64,000 nucleotides of DNA from Dehalococcoidia bacterium (GTDB lineage Bacteria; Chloroflexota; Dehalococcoidia; UBA2979): contig OZ244720.1 of assembly GCA_965219085.1 (NCBI GenBank), positions 416,001 through 480,000 of the forward strand. Direction: 5' to 3'. The position numbers were made by a program, and so were the translations under genes. Below, one piece after another: positions 38,819 through 48,512 of the stretch (position 1 is the first letter of the stretch; every line of letters begins with the position of its first letter). Below the pieces are notes generated by a model. It did no database searches. It saw nothing but the letters and a program-made list of their open reading frames with translations, and had not been told where the DNA came from.

Positions 38819-40108
38819 TTACTGGCCAACGCCGAAGAAACGGCGGTCCTCTTCAAGAAAGAAGCTGCGGTAGCCCTCCGGCACATCAACGACTCGGCCT
38901 GCTGCGTCGACTTCGATCTCGTGGATCTGTACCCCGCCGCGGCCCTGCTCGAAGTACAGGATCATCACGTCACTCGGCCTGATCTTTTCGTCGCGCACGT
39001 CCATGCGCACGCGGTCGACGAGGTAATCGCTGTGCGTCTCGACGACCACGGGATCCCGGCCGCTTGCAGCCAGTTGGGCGAAGAAGGAGCCTATCGCGGC
39101 TTGCGCGCGTGGGTGCAGGTGGACTTCGGGTTGTTGAATGAGCAGCATCTCCATAGGCGAGGCTGAGACACAGTCTGCGATGATCGGGATTGCTTGGCTG
39201 ACCCCGTAGCCGACATCGATAAGGTTGCGCGCCTTCCCGCCGCGAGCAGGCTTAACCTCGATCTGGAACGGGTCGCTCCCCCGACTTCCGAGCCTGCGGA
39301 TGCCGAGGCTGGCGTACAGACCGCTCGCTTTTCCGAAGTCATTGAGTTCTTCGTTGTAGAGCTTGTCTTCACCCGCTAGCCACGCGGCCAGCGTAACCGG
39401 GATGTGGTCACCCTCGGGACGGCGGGGCTCCGCCGTCGGATCATAGGTTCGGCGCGGGCTCGTTCGGATTGGCGCGAACGCATTGGGTCGGTCTAAAGAA
39501 TCTCTCAGCGCGCCAACGAGCAGCACAAGGAAAGATTCGCTATGTTCGCGCGCTATGCCGGGGTCGGCCCCGTCAGCCGAGATGAGCGTGTGGGTTAGGA
39601 CTGGCCAGAGGCTGGCAGCTTGACGAGCCCTCTGATCCCGAATCCCCAGCGCGACCGGCCTTTCCAGTACTGTCTCACCCCCGACGGAGAACGAGACCGC
39701 AGGCTCGCCCCCTTCCAGACCCTTGAGCCCTAGCAGGTACTCCCCTGCAGAGGCGCAGAATTCAGAGATACTCGGCTGAGCGTCTCGGGATATGAAGCGG
39801 GATTCGACTCGCAACTCGTGATGCCGACCTCGATTTAGCGGAAAGTCAGGGCTCTCAAACTCGAACTGTAGCCCCACGGCGAAGCTCTTCGCCGGACGTC
39901 CTCGATTGTTGGCGACCTGGTCGTAGCTGCCGAGGCGGAACGGCTCCTCGTTGAAGTTTGGCTCCATCCGGTCGTGGGCTGCTCGTACCCCAGCGAGGAA
40001 CGAGGTTTTGCCCGTGCTGTTCTCCCCCACGAGCAGCGTCAGCGGCCGGATCGGCACCTCGTGGCGGCCCGCGAAGCAGCGGAAGTCCTCGAGGATCAAC
40101 GTGTTCAT
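38819..40108 (-). CDS. ABC/AAA_15-type ATPase with DUF3696-like C-terminus
   Basis: EDFRCF, GENSTGKT, DVGYGVSQAIP, LLIQQPEVHLHP, VETHSDY, VPEGYRSFF. Confidence 0.85.
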   Translation of the reverse strand: MNTLILEDFRCFAGRHEVPIRPLTLLVGENSTGKTSFLAGVRAAHDRMEPNFNEEPFRLGSYDQVANNRGRPAKSFAVGLQFEFESPDFPLNRGRHHELRVESRFISRDAQPSISEFCASAGEYLLGLKGLEGGEPAVSFSVGGETVLERPVALGIRDQRARQAASLWPVLTHTLISADGADPGIAREHSESFLVLLVGALRDSLDRPNAFAPIRTSPRRTYDPTAEPRRPEGDHIPVTLAAWLAGEDKLYNEELNDFGKASGLYASLGIRRLGSRGSDPFQIEVKPARGGKARNLIDVGYGVSQAIPIIADCVSASPMEMLLIQQPEVHLHPRAQAAIGSFFAQLAASGRDPVVVETHSDYLVDRVRMDVRDEKIRPSDVMILYFEQGRGGVQIHEIEVDAAGRVVDVPEGYRSFFLEEDRRFFGVGQ

Positions 40109-40153
40109 GGCGATCAGTCTACCGTAGCGCCTCGCGGTCGCTCCTCGCGCTCG

Positions 40154-40435
40154 CTACCGCATCCCCGCGAACGGGTCGTCGTCCTCGATGCCCTCGCGCC
40201 GCTCACGGTGCTGGCGCTTGTCGTACCAGTAGATGCCGTACAGCATCGCGGCGAAGAGGCCGACGGGGATGAGCGCGAGCGCGGGGTGCGTCGCCAGCGC
40301 GTAGAACAGGAACAGCACGAGCAGCAGTACGCCTGCCAGGGCGGCGACGGCCGGTAACAGGATCTGGAACGCGATGCGCGAGAGCAGCAATACTTCCCGG
40401 CATCCGCCCGGCGCCTGCTCCTGAGGTTCGTACAT
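40154..40435 (-). CDS. Small two-TM membrane protein
   Basis: Hydrophobic hairpin, GGGAG RBS, host-like codon use. Confidence 0.65.
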   Translation of the reverse strand: MYEPQEQAPGGCREVLLLSRIAFQILLPAVAALAGVLLLVLFLFYALATHPALALIPVGLFAAMLYGIYWYDKRQHRERREGIEDDDPFAGMR

Positions 40436-40506
40436 GCTCCCAGCATAGCGGCGCATCGCGTCGTGAGCCGCTACCATCCTCGCGCGCCCGCCGGGAGGCC
40501 CCTCGC

Positions 40507-40941
40507 ATGCCTGACACCCGCGTTCCACCGGAGTTCGACGCGTTCCTCGCCGAGCCGCGCAACGCGATCATGTGCATCGCCCGCGGCACCGGCCGCCCGC
40601 CCCACGCCACCCCCGTGTGGTTCGAGTACCGCGACGGCGTGTTCCGCATCTCGATCACCCGCACGCGGGTCAAGTACCGGCTGCTCCTCGACGCCCCCAA
40701 CGTCACGCTCGTCGTCGACGACCCCGTGACGTACGGCACTGTCATCGTCTCCGGCCACGCCGCGATCGTGGACGACGACGCCTCGCTCGTCGCGCTGCGC
40801 AAGGCGCTGCGAGCCAAGTACGGCGGTGTCCCCGGCGCCGACGCCGAGACCGATGAGGAGCTCGCCCGCGCGCTCCGCGGGGAGGAGCGCGTGGTCATCG
40901 TCGTCGAGCCGGAGCAGGTGCTGTCCTGGGCGGGCGGCTAG
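40507..40941 (+). CDS. PPOX-class (probably F420-dependent) oxidoreductase
   Basis: PHATPVWF, RVKYRLL..PNVTLVVDD, RVVIVVEP. Confidence 0.82.
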   Translation: MPDTRVPPEFDAFLAEPRNAIMCIARGTGRPPHATPVWFEYRDGVFRISITRTRVKYRLLLDAPNVTLVVDDPVTYGTVIVSGHAAIVDDDASLVALRKALRAKYGGVPGADAETDEELARALRGEERVVIVVEPEQVLSWAGG

Positions 40942-40954
40942 CGCCGCCAATCCC

Positions 40955-41682
40955 CTACGCGCGTCGCCGCGGGTTCTTGAGCCCGGTCTCCAGCTTGTGC
41001 CGCACCTCGCGGCGGACGCGCGCGGCGAGGACGTCCTCGTGCGCGTCGAGGAAGGCGCGGACGGCGTCGGGGTCGCGCTCGGAGAGGGCGCGCAGCGCCC
41101 ACGACACCGCCTTCACCACCATGTCGTCGCGGTCGTCGGCGAGCCGTTCGCAGAGCGCGAGCGTGCGCGCCGCGTCACCCGTGCTGCCCGCGCGCTTCCT
41201 GTTGAGTGCGGTGGTTGAGACGAGCGCGGCGCGGGGCCACCCAGCGGTCGGGCGACCGCGACCAGCGGTCGATGACCTCGTCGCTCAGCGGGCCCGCCAC
41301 CCACGCCGGGCCCGCGACCAGCGTGCAATTACGCGTCGACCGACCCCCAGTTGTCGATGCCCGCGCCCAGCGCCTCGATCTGGTCCGCGTGCAGCGAGGC
41401 GAGAGCGGCGCGATGGCGCGACAGCAGGAGGTAGGCGAGCGTGCGCTCGTCGTACCCGCCGCTCTCGACGAGCCTCGAGGCCAGCTCGACGGCCGTGTGC
41501 GGCTCCTCCCGCAGCCGACGGGCGAGGTCGCCTGCGATGCCGGGGAGCACGGGCGTCCGCACGCTCCGGATGCGCATCGCCGTCGCGTGGTAGCCCTCGC
41601 CGAAGGCGGCGCGCTTCGGGTCGGCCTCCGCGGTGAGGCGCTCCTCGATCTTGCGCCGCAGCGCGGCGGGCACAGCAGGCAC
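40955..41682 (-). pseudogene. AlkD-like DNA alkylation repair protein with two frameshifts
   Basis: IDNWGSVDA*, then AGPAW...WSRSPDRW, then RAALVST...DDRDDMVVKAVSWALR...KLETGLKNP, each in a different frame. Confidence 0.78.
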
Positions 41683-41685
41683 AGG

Positions 41686-42327
41686 CTAGTCGCCGCCCTC
41701 GTCCTCCATGCGGCGTCTGCGGTCGTCCAGCGACTCACCCCTGTAGTGCCAGTACAACGGGCCCGCAGCACTCCACTTGTCAGTCCACGTGATTCCGTGT
41801 CGTTGCATGATTTCGGTGGCAGCAGCGGAGAGCGAGGTCTCCTCACCCTCGAAGGTGATCCTGTTGTGCGAAGCCACCGTGGCGCTGAAGGGCTCCCCGT
41901 CGTTGGAGATCTCCCGGTACTGGAATTGTAGTTCGGCTCCGGCCTCGATGCCGACCATGTCGAAGTTGAACCGCTCGCGCTTCTTGCGGGCCTTGTTCAA
42001 CGCGAGCCGTGCCTCCTCGTCCTCGACCACATCGGAACCCGGAGTGACGTCGCGACCGCGCGTGAGGCGTAGCGCGGCCTCCACGCGGTCGGCACTGACC
42101 TCGAAGAACTCACGGTTGCTGCGGACGCGGCGATCGCCGAACACATCATGAAGCAGTCGCTCGGTCTCCGCGGCGTCGTCGACTTCCATCGCCACGACGC
42201 ACTCGAACGGCACCGGAACGCTCGTGGTGTCGAGAGAGCGCAGCCGCTGCTCGATGTTGGTCGTCCGCCCGATCTTCACGAGGTCGGGCATCGCCGGGTT
42301 GGTGAGGCAGTAGACGATCCCGGTCAT
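41686..42327 (-). CDS. GIY-YIG (T5orf172-like) nuclease domain protein
   Basis: GIVYCLTNPAMPDLVKIGRT, TSVPVPF, ERLLH, REFF. Confidence 0.88.
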   Translation of the reverse strand: MTGIVYCLTNPAMPDLVKIGRTTNIEQRLRSLDTTSVPVPFECVVAMEVDDAAETERLLHDVFGDRRVRSNREFFEVSADRVEAALRLTRGRDVTPGSDVVEDEEARLALNKARKKRERFNFDMVGIEAGAELQFQYREISNDGEPFSATVASHNRITFEGEETSLSAAATEIMQRHGITWTDKWSAAGPLYWHYRGESLDDRRRRMEDEGGD

Positions 42328-42380
42328 GGCGGTGTCCCCCGTGCCAACTGCTGTTGGCGCGTGATGGTACGCGGCGGGGG

Positions 42381-44912
42381 TCAATGTGCCTCGGCGACGA
42401 TGCCCGCCTCGGCGCGCTCGACGAGGGCCCGCAGCGTGTCGAGGTCGGCGGCGGCAAGCTCGGGGTCGGCGTCGAGCATCGTCTCCGCCTCGCGCCGCGT
42501 CGCTTCGATGAGGCGGCCGTCGAGCAGCGAGGCCACGCGCAGCGAGGGGATGCCGGACTGGCGCGTGCCGAACAGCTCGCCCGGCCCGCGCAGCTCGAGG
42601 TCGGCCTGGGCGAGATCGAAGCCGTTCGACGTGCGGGCGACGAGCGACAGGCGCTCCTCGGCCTCCGGCGAGGGGTCGTCGGCGAGCAGGAAGCACGTCG
42701 AGGGATGTTCGCCGCGCCCGACGCGGCCGCGGAACTGGTGCATCTGGGAGAGCCCGAAGCGGTCCGCGCCCTCGATCACCATCACCGTCGCGTTTGGCAC
42801 GTCGATGCCGACCTCGACGACGGCGGTCGAGACGAGTACGGCCACCTCGCCCGAGGCGAAGCGCTGCATGACGGCGTCCTTGTCGCGGCCGGACATCCGG
42901 CCGTGCAGCAGCGCGATGCGGTCCGCCAGCTCCGGGAACTGCTCGCCGCGCAGCCGCTCGTACTCCTCGGTCGCGGCGCGCGAGATGACGGCGTCCGAGC
43001 CCTCGACGAGTGGGCAGATCACGAACGCCTGCCGCCCCGCGGCCACCTCGGCGCGCACGTGCTCGAAGGCGGCGGGGCGCTCGATGGGCGTGAGCCAGCG
43101 CGTCTCGATAGGCGTGCGGCCCGGTGGCATCTCGTCGATCGTGGAGATGTCGAGGTCGCCGTAGAGCGTGAGCGCGAGCGAGCGCGGGATCGGCGTCGCG
43201 GTCATGACGAGCAGGTGCGGCGTCGGTTTGCGGGGCGCTTCGAGGGCCTCGACCTGCTCCTCCTCGTCCGGGACGCCGCGCAGGGCTGCGCGCTGCATGA
43301 CGCCGAAGCGGTGCTGCTCGTCGACGACGGCGAGGCCGAGCCGCTCGAAGTCGACGCCCTGCTGGATCAGCGCGTGCGTGCCGACGGCGATCTGGGCGCC
43401 GCCGTGGCGGATCGCGTCGAGGGCCGCGCGGCGCTCCTTCGCGCGCTTCGAGCCGGTGAGCAGCACCACCTGGAGCGGGTGTTCGAGGAAGGGCAGCGCG
43501 ACGACCCCGTTGAGCGGTGGCTCGGGTTCGCCCGACAGCAGCTTGCAGACGGTGCGGAAGTGCTGCTCCGCGAGCACCTCGGTCGGCGCCATGAGCACGG
43601 CCTGGTGACCGGCGGCGACGGCGGCGAGCATCGCCGCGAGCGCGACGACGGTCTTGCCCGATCCGACATCGCCCTGCAGCAGCCGGCCCATTGGCTGCGA
43701 GCGCCCGAGGTCAGCGAGCACATCGTCGAGGGTGCGCCGCTGGGCGGCGGTGAGCGCGAACGGTAGCGTCTCGAGGAACGCCCCGGCGGTGGCGCGGCCC
43801 TCGAAGACCGGCGCGTCACCGTGCTGCTCCCGCTCTCGCTTGCGCCGCACGACGCTGAGTTGCACGGCGAGCAGCTCGTCGAAGGCGAGGCGCTGGCGGG
43901 CCTGCGCGAGCTGCGCCTGGTCGTCCGGGTAATGGATCTGGCGCGTCGCCTCGACGATGCCGGGCAGGCGCCGACGCTCGCGCAGCTCGGCGGGCAGGGG
44001 TTCGCGCATGCGGTCGGCGAAGCGTTCGAGGAGGTCGGCGATCGCCTCGCGCAGCGCGCGCTGCGGGAGGCCCTGCGTGAGGTGGTACACAGGCACGAGG
44101 CGGCCGGTGTGGCGGAGGTCGTCAGTGATGCGCTCGTACGCCGGGTTGTCGAACGTCGGACGCCCGCGGTAGGCGCGCACGCCGCCGGCGACGGCGATCT
44201 CGGTGCCCGGTGGCAGTTGCTTCGCGAGGTATGGCTGGTTGAACCACACGACGCGAATGCGGGCGCCGCTCGCGTCGCTGATCGTCGCCTCGGTCGCCTG
44301 CATGCGGCCGCCGCGACCCATGCGAATAGCGCGAGCGCGGTCGATGGTGCCCCGGATCGTCTGCTCGTGGCCGATGCGCAGTTGCGAGATGGGCACGGTC
44401 TTCGAGAAGTCGTGGTGCCGGTACGGGTAGTGCCGCAGCGCGTCGGCGATGGTGACGACGCCGAGCTTCTCGAGGCGCGTGAGGTGCGCCCGACCGAGCT
44501 TGGTCCCCGCCTGCGCAACCGGCAGCTCGAGCGCCTCGGGGCCTGGCGGGATGGCGACGGTCGGGGGGCGCCGAGGAGCCCTCGATGCGCCGCGCCTCGG
44601 TGCGGCCTGCTTGCGGGCGGAGGCGCGACGCGGGCTCCTGGGGCCGCGGCCCTTGCCCGCTCCCTCGGCCAGGGCGTGAGCGACGGTGGCGCGCGCGCGG
44701 CGCAGCCAGGCACGACGCTCCTCGGCGTCGAGCGAGCGATAGCCGGTCGCGGGGAGCGCCCCGACCATGCGCAGCAGGGGCGAGTTGGGCGGCTCGTCGC
44801 GGGCTTGCAGCCGCAGCATCTCGTCCAGCCCGCCCTCGACGAGCGCGTCGGTGCAGCCGGCCTCCAGTTCCCGCTCGAGGACCATGCCGAGCATATCGAG
44901 GTCTACGGTCAC
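42381..44912 (-). CDS. recG: ATP-dependent DNA helicase RecG
   Basis: QGDVGSGKT, DEQHRFG, MTATPIPR, QFRGRVGRG, DLELRGPGE. Confidence 0.96.
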   Translation of the reverse strand: MTVDLDMLGMVLERELEAGCTDALVEGGLDEMLRLQARDEPPNSPLLRMVGALPATGYRSLDAEERRAWLRRARATVAHALAEGAGKGRGPRSPRRASARKQAAPRRGASRAPRRPPTVAIPPGPEALELPVAQAGTKLGRAHLTRLEKLGVVTIADALRHYPYRHHDFSKTVPISQLRIGHEQTIRGTIDRARAIRMGRGGRMQATEATISDASGARIRVVWFNQPYLAKQLPPGTEIAVAGGVRAYRGRPTFDNPAYERITDDLRHTGRLVPVYHLTQGLPQRALREAIADLLERFADRMREPLPAELRERRRLPGIVEATRQIHYPDDQAQLAQARQRLAFDELLAVQLSVVRRKREREQHGDAPVFEGRATAGAFLETLPFALTAAQRRTLDDVLADLGRSQPMGRLLQGDVGSGKTVVALAAMLAAVAAGHQAVLMAPTEVLAEQHFRTVCKLLSGEPEPPLNGVVALPFLEHPLQVVLLTGSKRAKERRAALDAIRHGGAQIAVGTHALIQQGVDFERLGLAVVDEQHRFGVMQRAALRGVPDEEEQVEALEAPRKPTPHLLVMTATPIPRSLALTLYGDLDISTIDEMPPGRTPIETRWLTPIERPAAFEHVRAEVAAGRQAFVICPLVEGSDAVISRAATEEYERLRGEQFPELADRIALLHGRMSGRDKDAVMQRFASGEVAVLVSTAVVEVGIDVPNATVMVIEGADRFGLSQMHQFRGRVGRGEHPSTCFLLADDPSPEAEERLSLVARTSNGFDLAQADLELRGPGELFGTRQSGIPSLRVASLLDGRLIEATRREAETMLDADPELAAADLDTLRALVERAEAGIVAEAH

Positions 44913-45772
44913 GTTGCGGTGGCGGGGGAGCGCTCCTGGGCGGTGACGACGGCGCAGGCGAGCATGCCGGGGCCCGTGTGGACGCCGATCGCGGGCCCCA
45001 CCTCGCCGGTGATGAGCTCGGCGTCGGGCGCGAGGGCGCGCAACTCCCCCGCCAGATCCGCGGAATCGCCGGGGCTGGCGCCGTGCGCGGCCATCATCTG
45101 CTCAATCGGGGCCAACTCGGACACGCGACGCAGCATGTCGGCCACGGCCTTGCGCCTCGTGCGTACGCGGCCGGCCGCCTCCACTTCGCCGTCGCGGATC
45201 GTGAGCAGGGGCTTCACCCGCAACAGGGTGCCGATCGCCGCGCCCGCCCGTCCGATGCGCCCACCGCGCTGGAGGTACTCGAGCGTGTCGAGGAGGAAGA
45301 AGGTGTGCGTGCGGCCGAACTGGGCCATCGCGAGGTCGCGTACCTCATCGAGGCCGGCGCCGCCCGCGGCCGCCCTCGCGGCGGTGATCACGCCCAGACC
45401 CATCGCCATCGTCGCGAGCGCGGAGTTGATGCACTCGATGCGTACGCCCTCCACGCCCTGGGCGCCCTGGCGCGCCGAGCCGAGGGTGCCGCTCAGCTTC
45501 TCGGAGACGTGGATCGACAGGATCTCCGTGGCCCCCTCGGCGGCGAGCTGTTCGTAGGCCGCACGGAACGCGCCCGGTGCGGGCTGTGACGTGGTCGGGA
45601 GCACGGACTCGCGCCCGAGACGCTCGAAGAAGCCCCGTGACTGGATGTCGACGCCGTCGAGGAGTTCCTCGTCGCCGAACAGCACGCTCGCCGGGACGAC
45701 GGTGATGTTGTGCTCGGCCGCCAGCTCCGGGCTGAGGTCGGCGGTCGAGTCGGTGACGATTCGGAGGCTCAC
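44909..45772 (-). CDS. DegV-family fatty-acid-binding protein (FakB)
   Basis: IVTDSTADL, TTSQP, SEKLSGT, LQRGGRIG, VHTGPG. Confidence 0.93.
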   Translation of the reverse strand: MSLRIVTDSTADLSPELAAEHNITVVPASVLFGDEELLDGVDIQSRGFFERLGRESVLPTTSQPAPGAFRAAYEQLAAEGATEILSIHVSEKLSGTLGSARQGAQGVEGVRIECINSALATMAMGLGVITAARAAAGGAGLDEVRDLAMAQFGRTHTFFLLDTLEYLQRGGRIGRAGAAIGTLLRVKPLLTIRDGEVEAAGRVRTRRKAVADMLRRVSELAPIEQMMAAHGASPGDSADLAGELRALAPDAELITGEVGPAIGVHTGPGMLACAVVTAQERSPATAT

Positions 45773-45803
45773 GATGACTGGTCCATCCGCGTACGCGCGC
45801 TCG

Positions 45804-47417
45804 TCATTCGACGCCTGCGAGGTAAGGGTAGTGCGGCTGTCCGCCCATGACCACCTCGACTTCGACGCCGGGGTGGGCCGCCTCGATCAGGTCCGGCAGG
45901 CTGTACGCCGCGCTCTCGGGTGCGTCCGCGCCGAGGATGAGCGTGACGATCTCGCCGTCGTCGCCGATGGCCTCGGCGAGGCCGATCATCAGCGCTTCCT
46001 CAGGCGTCTCGGTGCGGGCCTTGAGCGTGCCGTCGACGAGCACGATGGAGTCGCCGATCCGCACGGCGACCCCGTCGACGGTGGTGTCGCGGACCGCCTC
46101 CGTCACCTCCACGTTGCGCACGGACGTGGCCGCCTCGGCCAGCTCCGCAGCGAGGCCCTCGAGGTCCTCGCCCGGCACGAACGCGACCGCGGCGGCGAGC
46201 CCGGCCGCCACTGACTTCGCGGGCACGACGGTGATACGGTCCGGCTCCTGCGTCGCGGCCTGCTGCGCCGTCATCACGACGTTCGAGTCGTTGGGGAGGA
46301 TGAAGGTGTGCTCGGCGCCGGCGCGCAGCGCCGCCTCCAGCACGTCGCCGGCGCTCGGGTTATTCGTCGCGCCACCGTCGACGATGCCGGTCGCGCCGAG
46401 GTCGCGGAACGCGATCCGGAGCCCGTCTCCCTGCACGACGGCGACGAGGCCGACGGGGGGAGCGTCGCCCGCTGCCTCCTCGTGGCCCGCGGCCCACTCG
46501 TCGTGCTGGGCCTGCATGTCCTCGACCTTGACGTTCTGCAGCTCACCGTAGCTCGCGCCGGCCGCCACTGCAGCCGCGGGCGTCTCCATGTGGACATGCA
46601 CGTGGAGTGTGCGCGTGTCACCGACGACCAGTAGCGACTCACCACCCGCCCCCGCCAGCTCGTTCGCAAGCGCGTCGCGGTCCAGGTCCTGGCCGCTCAC
46701 CAGGTACTCGACGCAGAAGCCGTGACCCTCGTGCCCTACGCCCTCGAGCTGGACGGCGCCGACGGGCGCCTCCGGCGGCGGCGGCAACTGCTCGCCCATG
46801 ACGCCGAAGCGCAGCCCCTCGAGCAGCACGGCGACGCCCTCGCCGCCCGCGTCGACGACGCCGGCGTCGCGCAACTGCGGCAGCAGCTCGGGCGTGCGCT
46901 CCACGCTGTCGCGCGCGGCGGCGACGGTCGCGTCCAGGACCGATGCCAGCGACGGGTCGGCCGCCTGGTTCGCGACGGCGCCCTCGGCGGCCTCGCGCAT
47001 CACAGTCAGCATCGTGCCCTCGACGGGCGTGGCGACCGCGGAGTAGGCCGCCGTCGCGGCGGATTCGAGCGCACCGAGCAGTTCGGACGGGCCGATGTCG
47101 GCGTTGCCCTCGAGGCTGTCGGCGAGCCCGCGCACCATTTGCGAGAGGATCACGCCGCTGTTGCCGCGCGCGCCCAGCAGAGCGCCCTGCGCCATCGCGC
47201 CCGTGAAGTCGCCGACGTTGGTGGCAGCTCCCTCGTGCTCATCGGCGGCCCGGCGCGCGGCGCGCAGGGTGAGCAGCATGTTGGTGCCGGTGTCCCCGTC
47301 GGGGACGGGGTAGACGTTGATCGCGTTGATAGCCTCGCGGTTCAATTCGAACCACTCCAGTGCGACGTCGAGCGCGTCGCTGAACGCCTCTGCGTGCAGG
47401 CGCTGTGGTGGGGTCAT
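45804..47417 (-). CDS. DAK2-domain fatty acid kinase subunit (FakA)
   Basis: INVYPVPDGDTGTNM, GARGNSGVI, VVDAGG, GGQPHY. Confidence 0.93.
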   Translation of the reverse strand: MTPPQRLHAEAFSDALDVALEWFELNREAINAINVYPVPDGDTGTNMLLTLRAARRAADEHEGAATNVGDFTGAMAQGALLGARGNSGVILSQMVRGLADSLEGNADIGPSELLGALESAATAAYSAVATPVEGTMLTVMREAAEGAVANQAADPSLASVLDATVAAARDSVERTPELLPQLRDAGVVDAGGEGVAVLLEGLRFGVMGEQLPPPPEAPVGAVQLEGVGHEGHGFCVEYLVSGQDLDRDALANELAGAGGESLLVVGDTRTLHVHVHMETPAAAVAAGASYGELQNVKVEDMQAQHDEWAAGHEEAAGDAPPVGLVAVVQGDGLRIAFRDLGATGIVDGGATNNPSAGDVLEAALRAGAEHTFILPNDSNVVMTAQQAATQEPDRITVVPAKSVAAGLAAAVAFVPGEDLEGLAAELAEAATSVRNVEVTEAVRDTTVDGVAVRIGDSIVLVDGTLKARTETPEEALMIGLAEAIGDDGEIVTLILGADAPESAAYSLPDLIEAAHPGVEVEVVMGGQPHYPYLAGVE

Positions 47418-47525
47418 CGCCTCGCCGTTCCTTATCTCCGATAGCGTGTCTTCGGGCTCAATGCTACGCTCTTAATCCCGATCGCGGATAACGAACGATT
47501 ACGTTCGTCACGAGGATGGTTGGCG

Positions 47526-47783
47526 ATGGCCTCCGGCAAGTGTGACCTCTGCCCGAAGCGCACGACGTTCGGGCGCAACATCCGCCACAAGCACTCCGGC
47601 CGCTGGGAGCGCAAGGCCCCCCGCACGAACCGCGAGTTCCGTCCGAACGTCCAGAGCAAGCGCCTGCTCATCGATGGCCGCATGCGCCGCGTCAACGTCT
47701 GCACGCGCTGCCTCCGCACGCAGCTCAAGCGCATGGCCGCAGGCAAGCCCGCGATCCCCGAGGGCGCGCTCGCCAGGGCGTAG
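47526..47783 (+). CDS. rpmB: 50S ribosomal protein L28
   Basis: KCDLC, FGRNIRH, RTNREFRPNVQ, VCTRCLR. Confidence 0.93.
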   Translation: MASGKCDLCPKRTTFGRNIRHKHSGRWERKAPRTNREFRPNVQSKRLLIDGRMRRVNVCTRCLRTQLKRMAAGKPAIPEGALARA

Positions 47784-47831
47784 CACCCGCCCCTCCCACC
47801 TCCTGTCACATGTGACCGGCGACCTCGTCGC

Positions 47832-48512
47832 CTACGGCGTGCGTCCGATGGCCGCGCGCAGTCCGGCGATCGCCTCTGCCGGGGTCTCGCGGTCGTTGTA
47901 GACGGCCGAGCCGGCGACCAGCAGCGTCGCCCCTGCCTCGACGCACATCGAGGCGTTGTGGGCCTTGACCCCGCCGTCGACCTCGATCACGAGCGAGGCG
48001 CCCGCGGCTTCGGCCATCCGCCGCAGCTCGCCGACCTTCGGTAGCTGGTCGACGAGCAGCTCCTGCCCGCCGCGGCCGGGGTGTACGAGCATCACGGTCA
48101 CCATGTCGAGCGCGCCCACCCACGGTTCGAGGCTCGACGCGGGCGTCGGCGGGCTGATAGCGATGCCCGCCTCGCAGCCGAGTTCGCGCGTGCGCTCGAT
48201 CGCCCGCTGCGGTTCAGGTGCGGCTTCGAGGTGGAAGATCAGCCGGTCCGCCCCCGCCTCGGCCAGCGGCGCGAGTTGGTCGAGCGGGTTGGTGACCATC
48301 ATGTGCGCCTCGACGGGCAGCCGCGTCGCACGGCGTACCGCCTGCAGCACGAGCGGCCCGAGGCTGAGCTGCGGCACGAAGTGCCCGTCCATCACGTCGA
48401 TGTGCATCACATCTGCGCCGCCGGCCTCGGCCGCCGCCACGTCTTCGGCGAGGCGGCCGAAGTCGGCCGTGAGGATCGAGGGTGCGATGAGCACCCGCTG
48501 CTCGCCGCTCAC
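47832..48512 (-). CDS. rpe: Ribulose-phosphate 3-epimerase
   Basis: IAPSIL, HIDVMDGHFVP, EVDGG, VAGSA. Confidence 0.95.
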   Translation of the reverse strand: MSGEQRVLIAPSILTADFGRLAEDVAAAEAGGADVMHIDVMDGHFVPQLSLGPLVLQAVRRATRLPVEAHMMVTNPLDQLAPLAEAGADRLIFHLEAAPEPQRAIERTRELGCEAGIAISPPTPASSLEPWVGALDMVTVMLVHPGRGGQELLVDQLPKVGELRRMAEAAGASLVIEVDGGVKAHNASMCVEAGATLLVAGSAVYNDRETPAEAIAGLRAAIGRTP

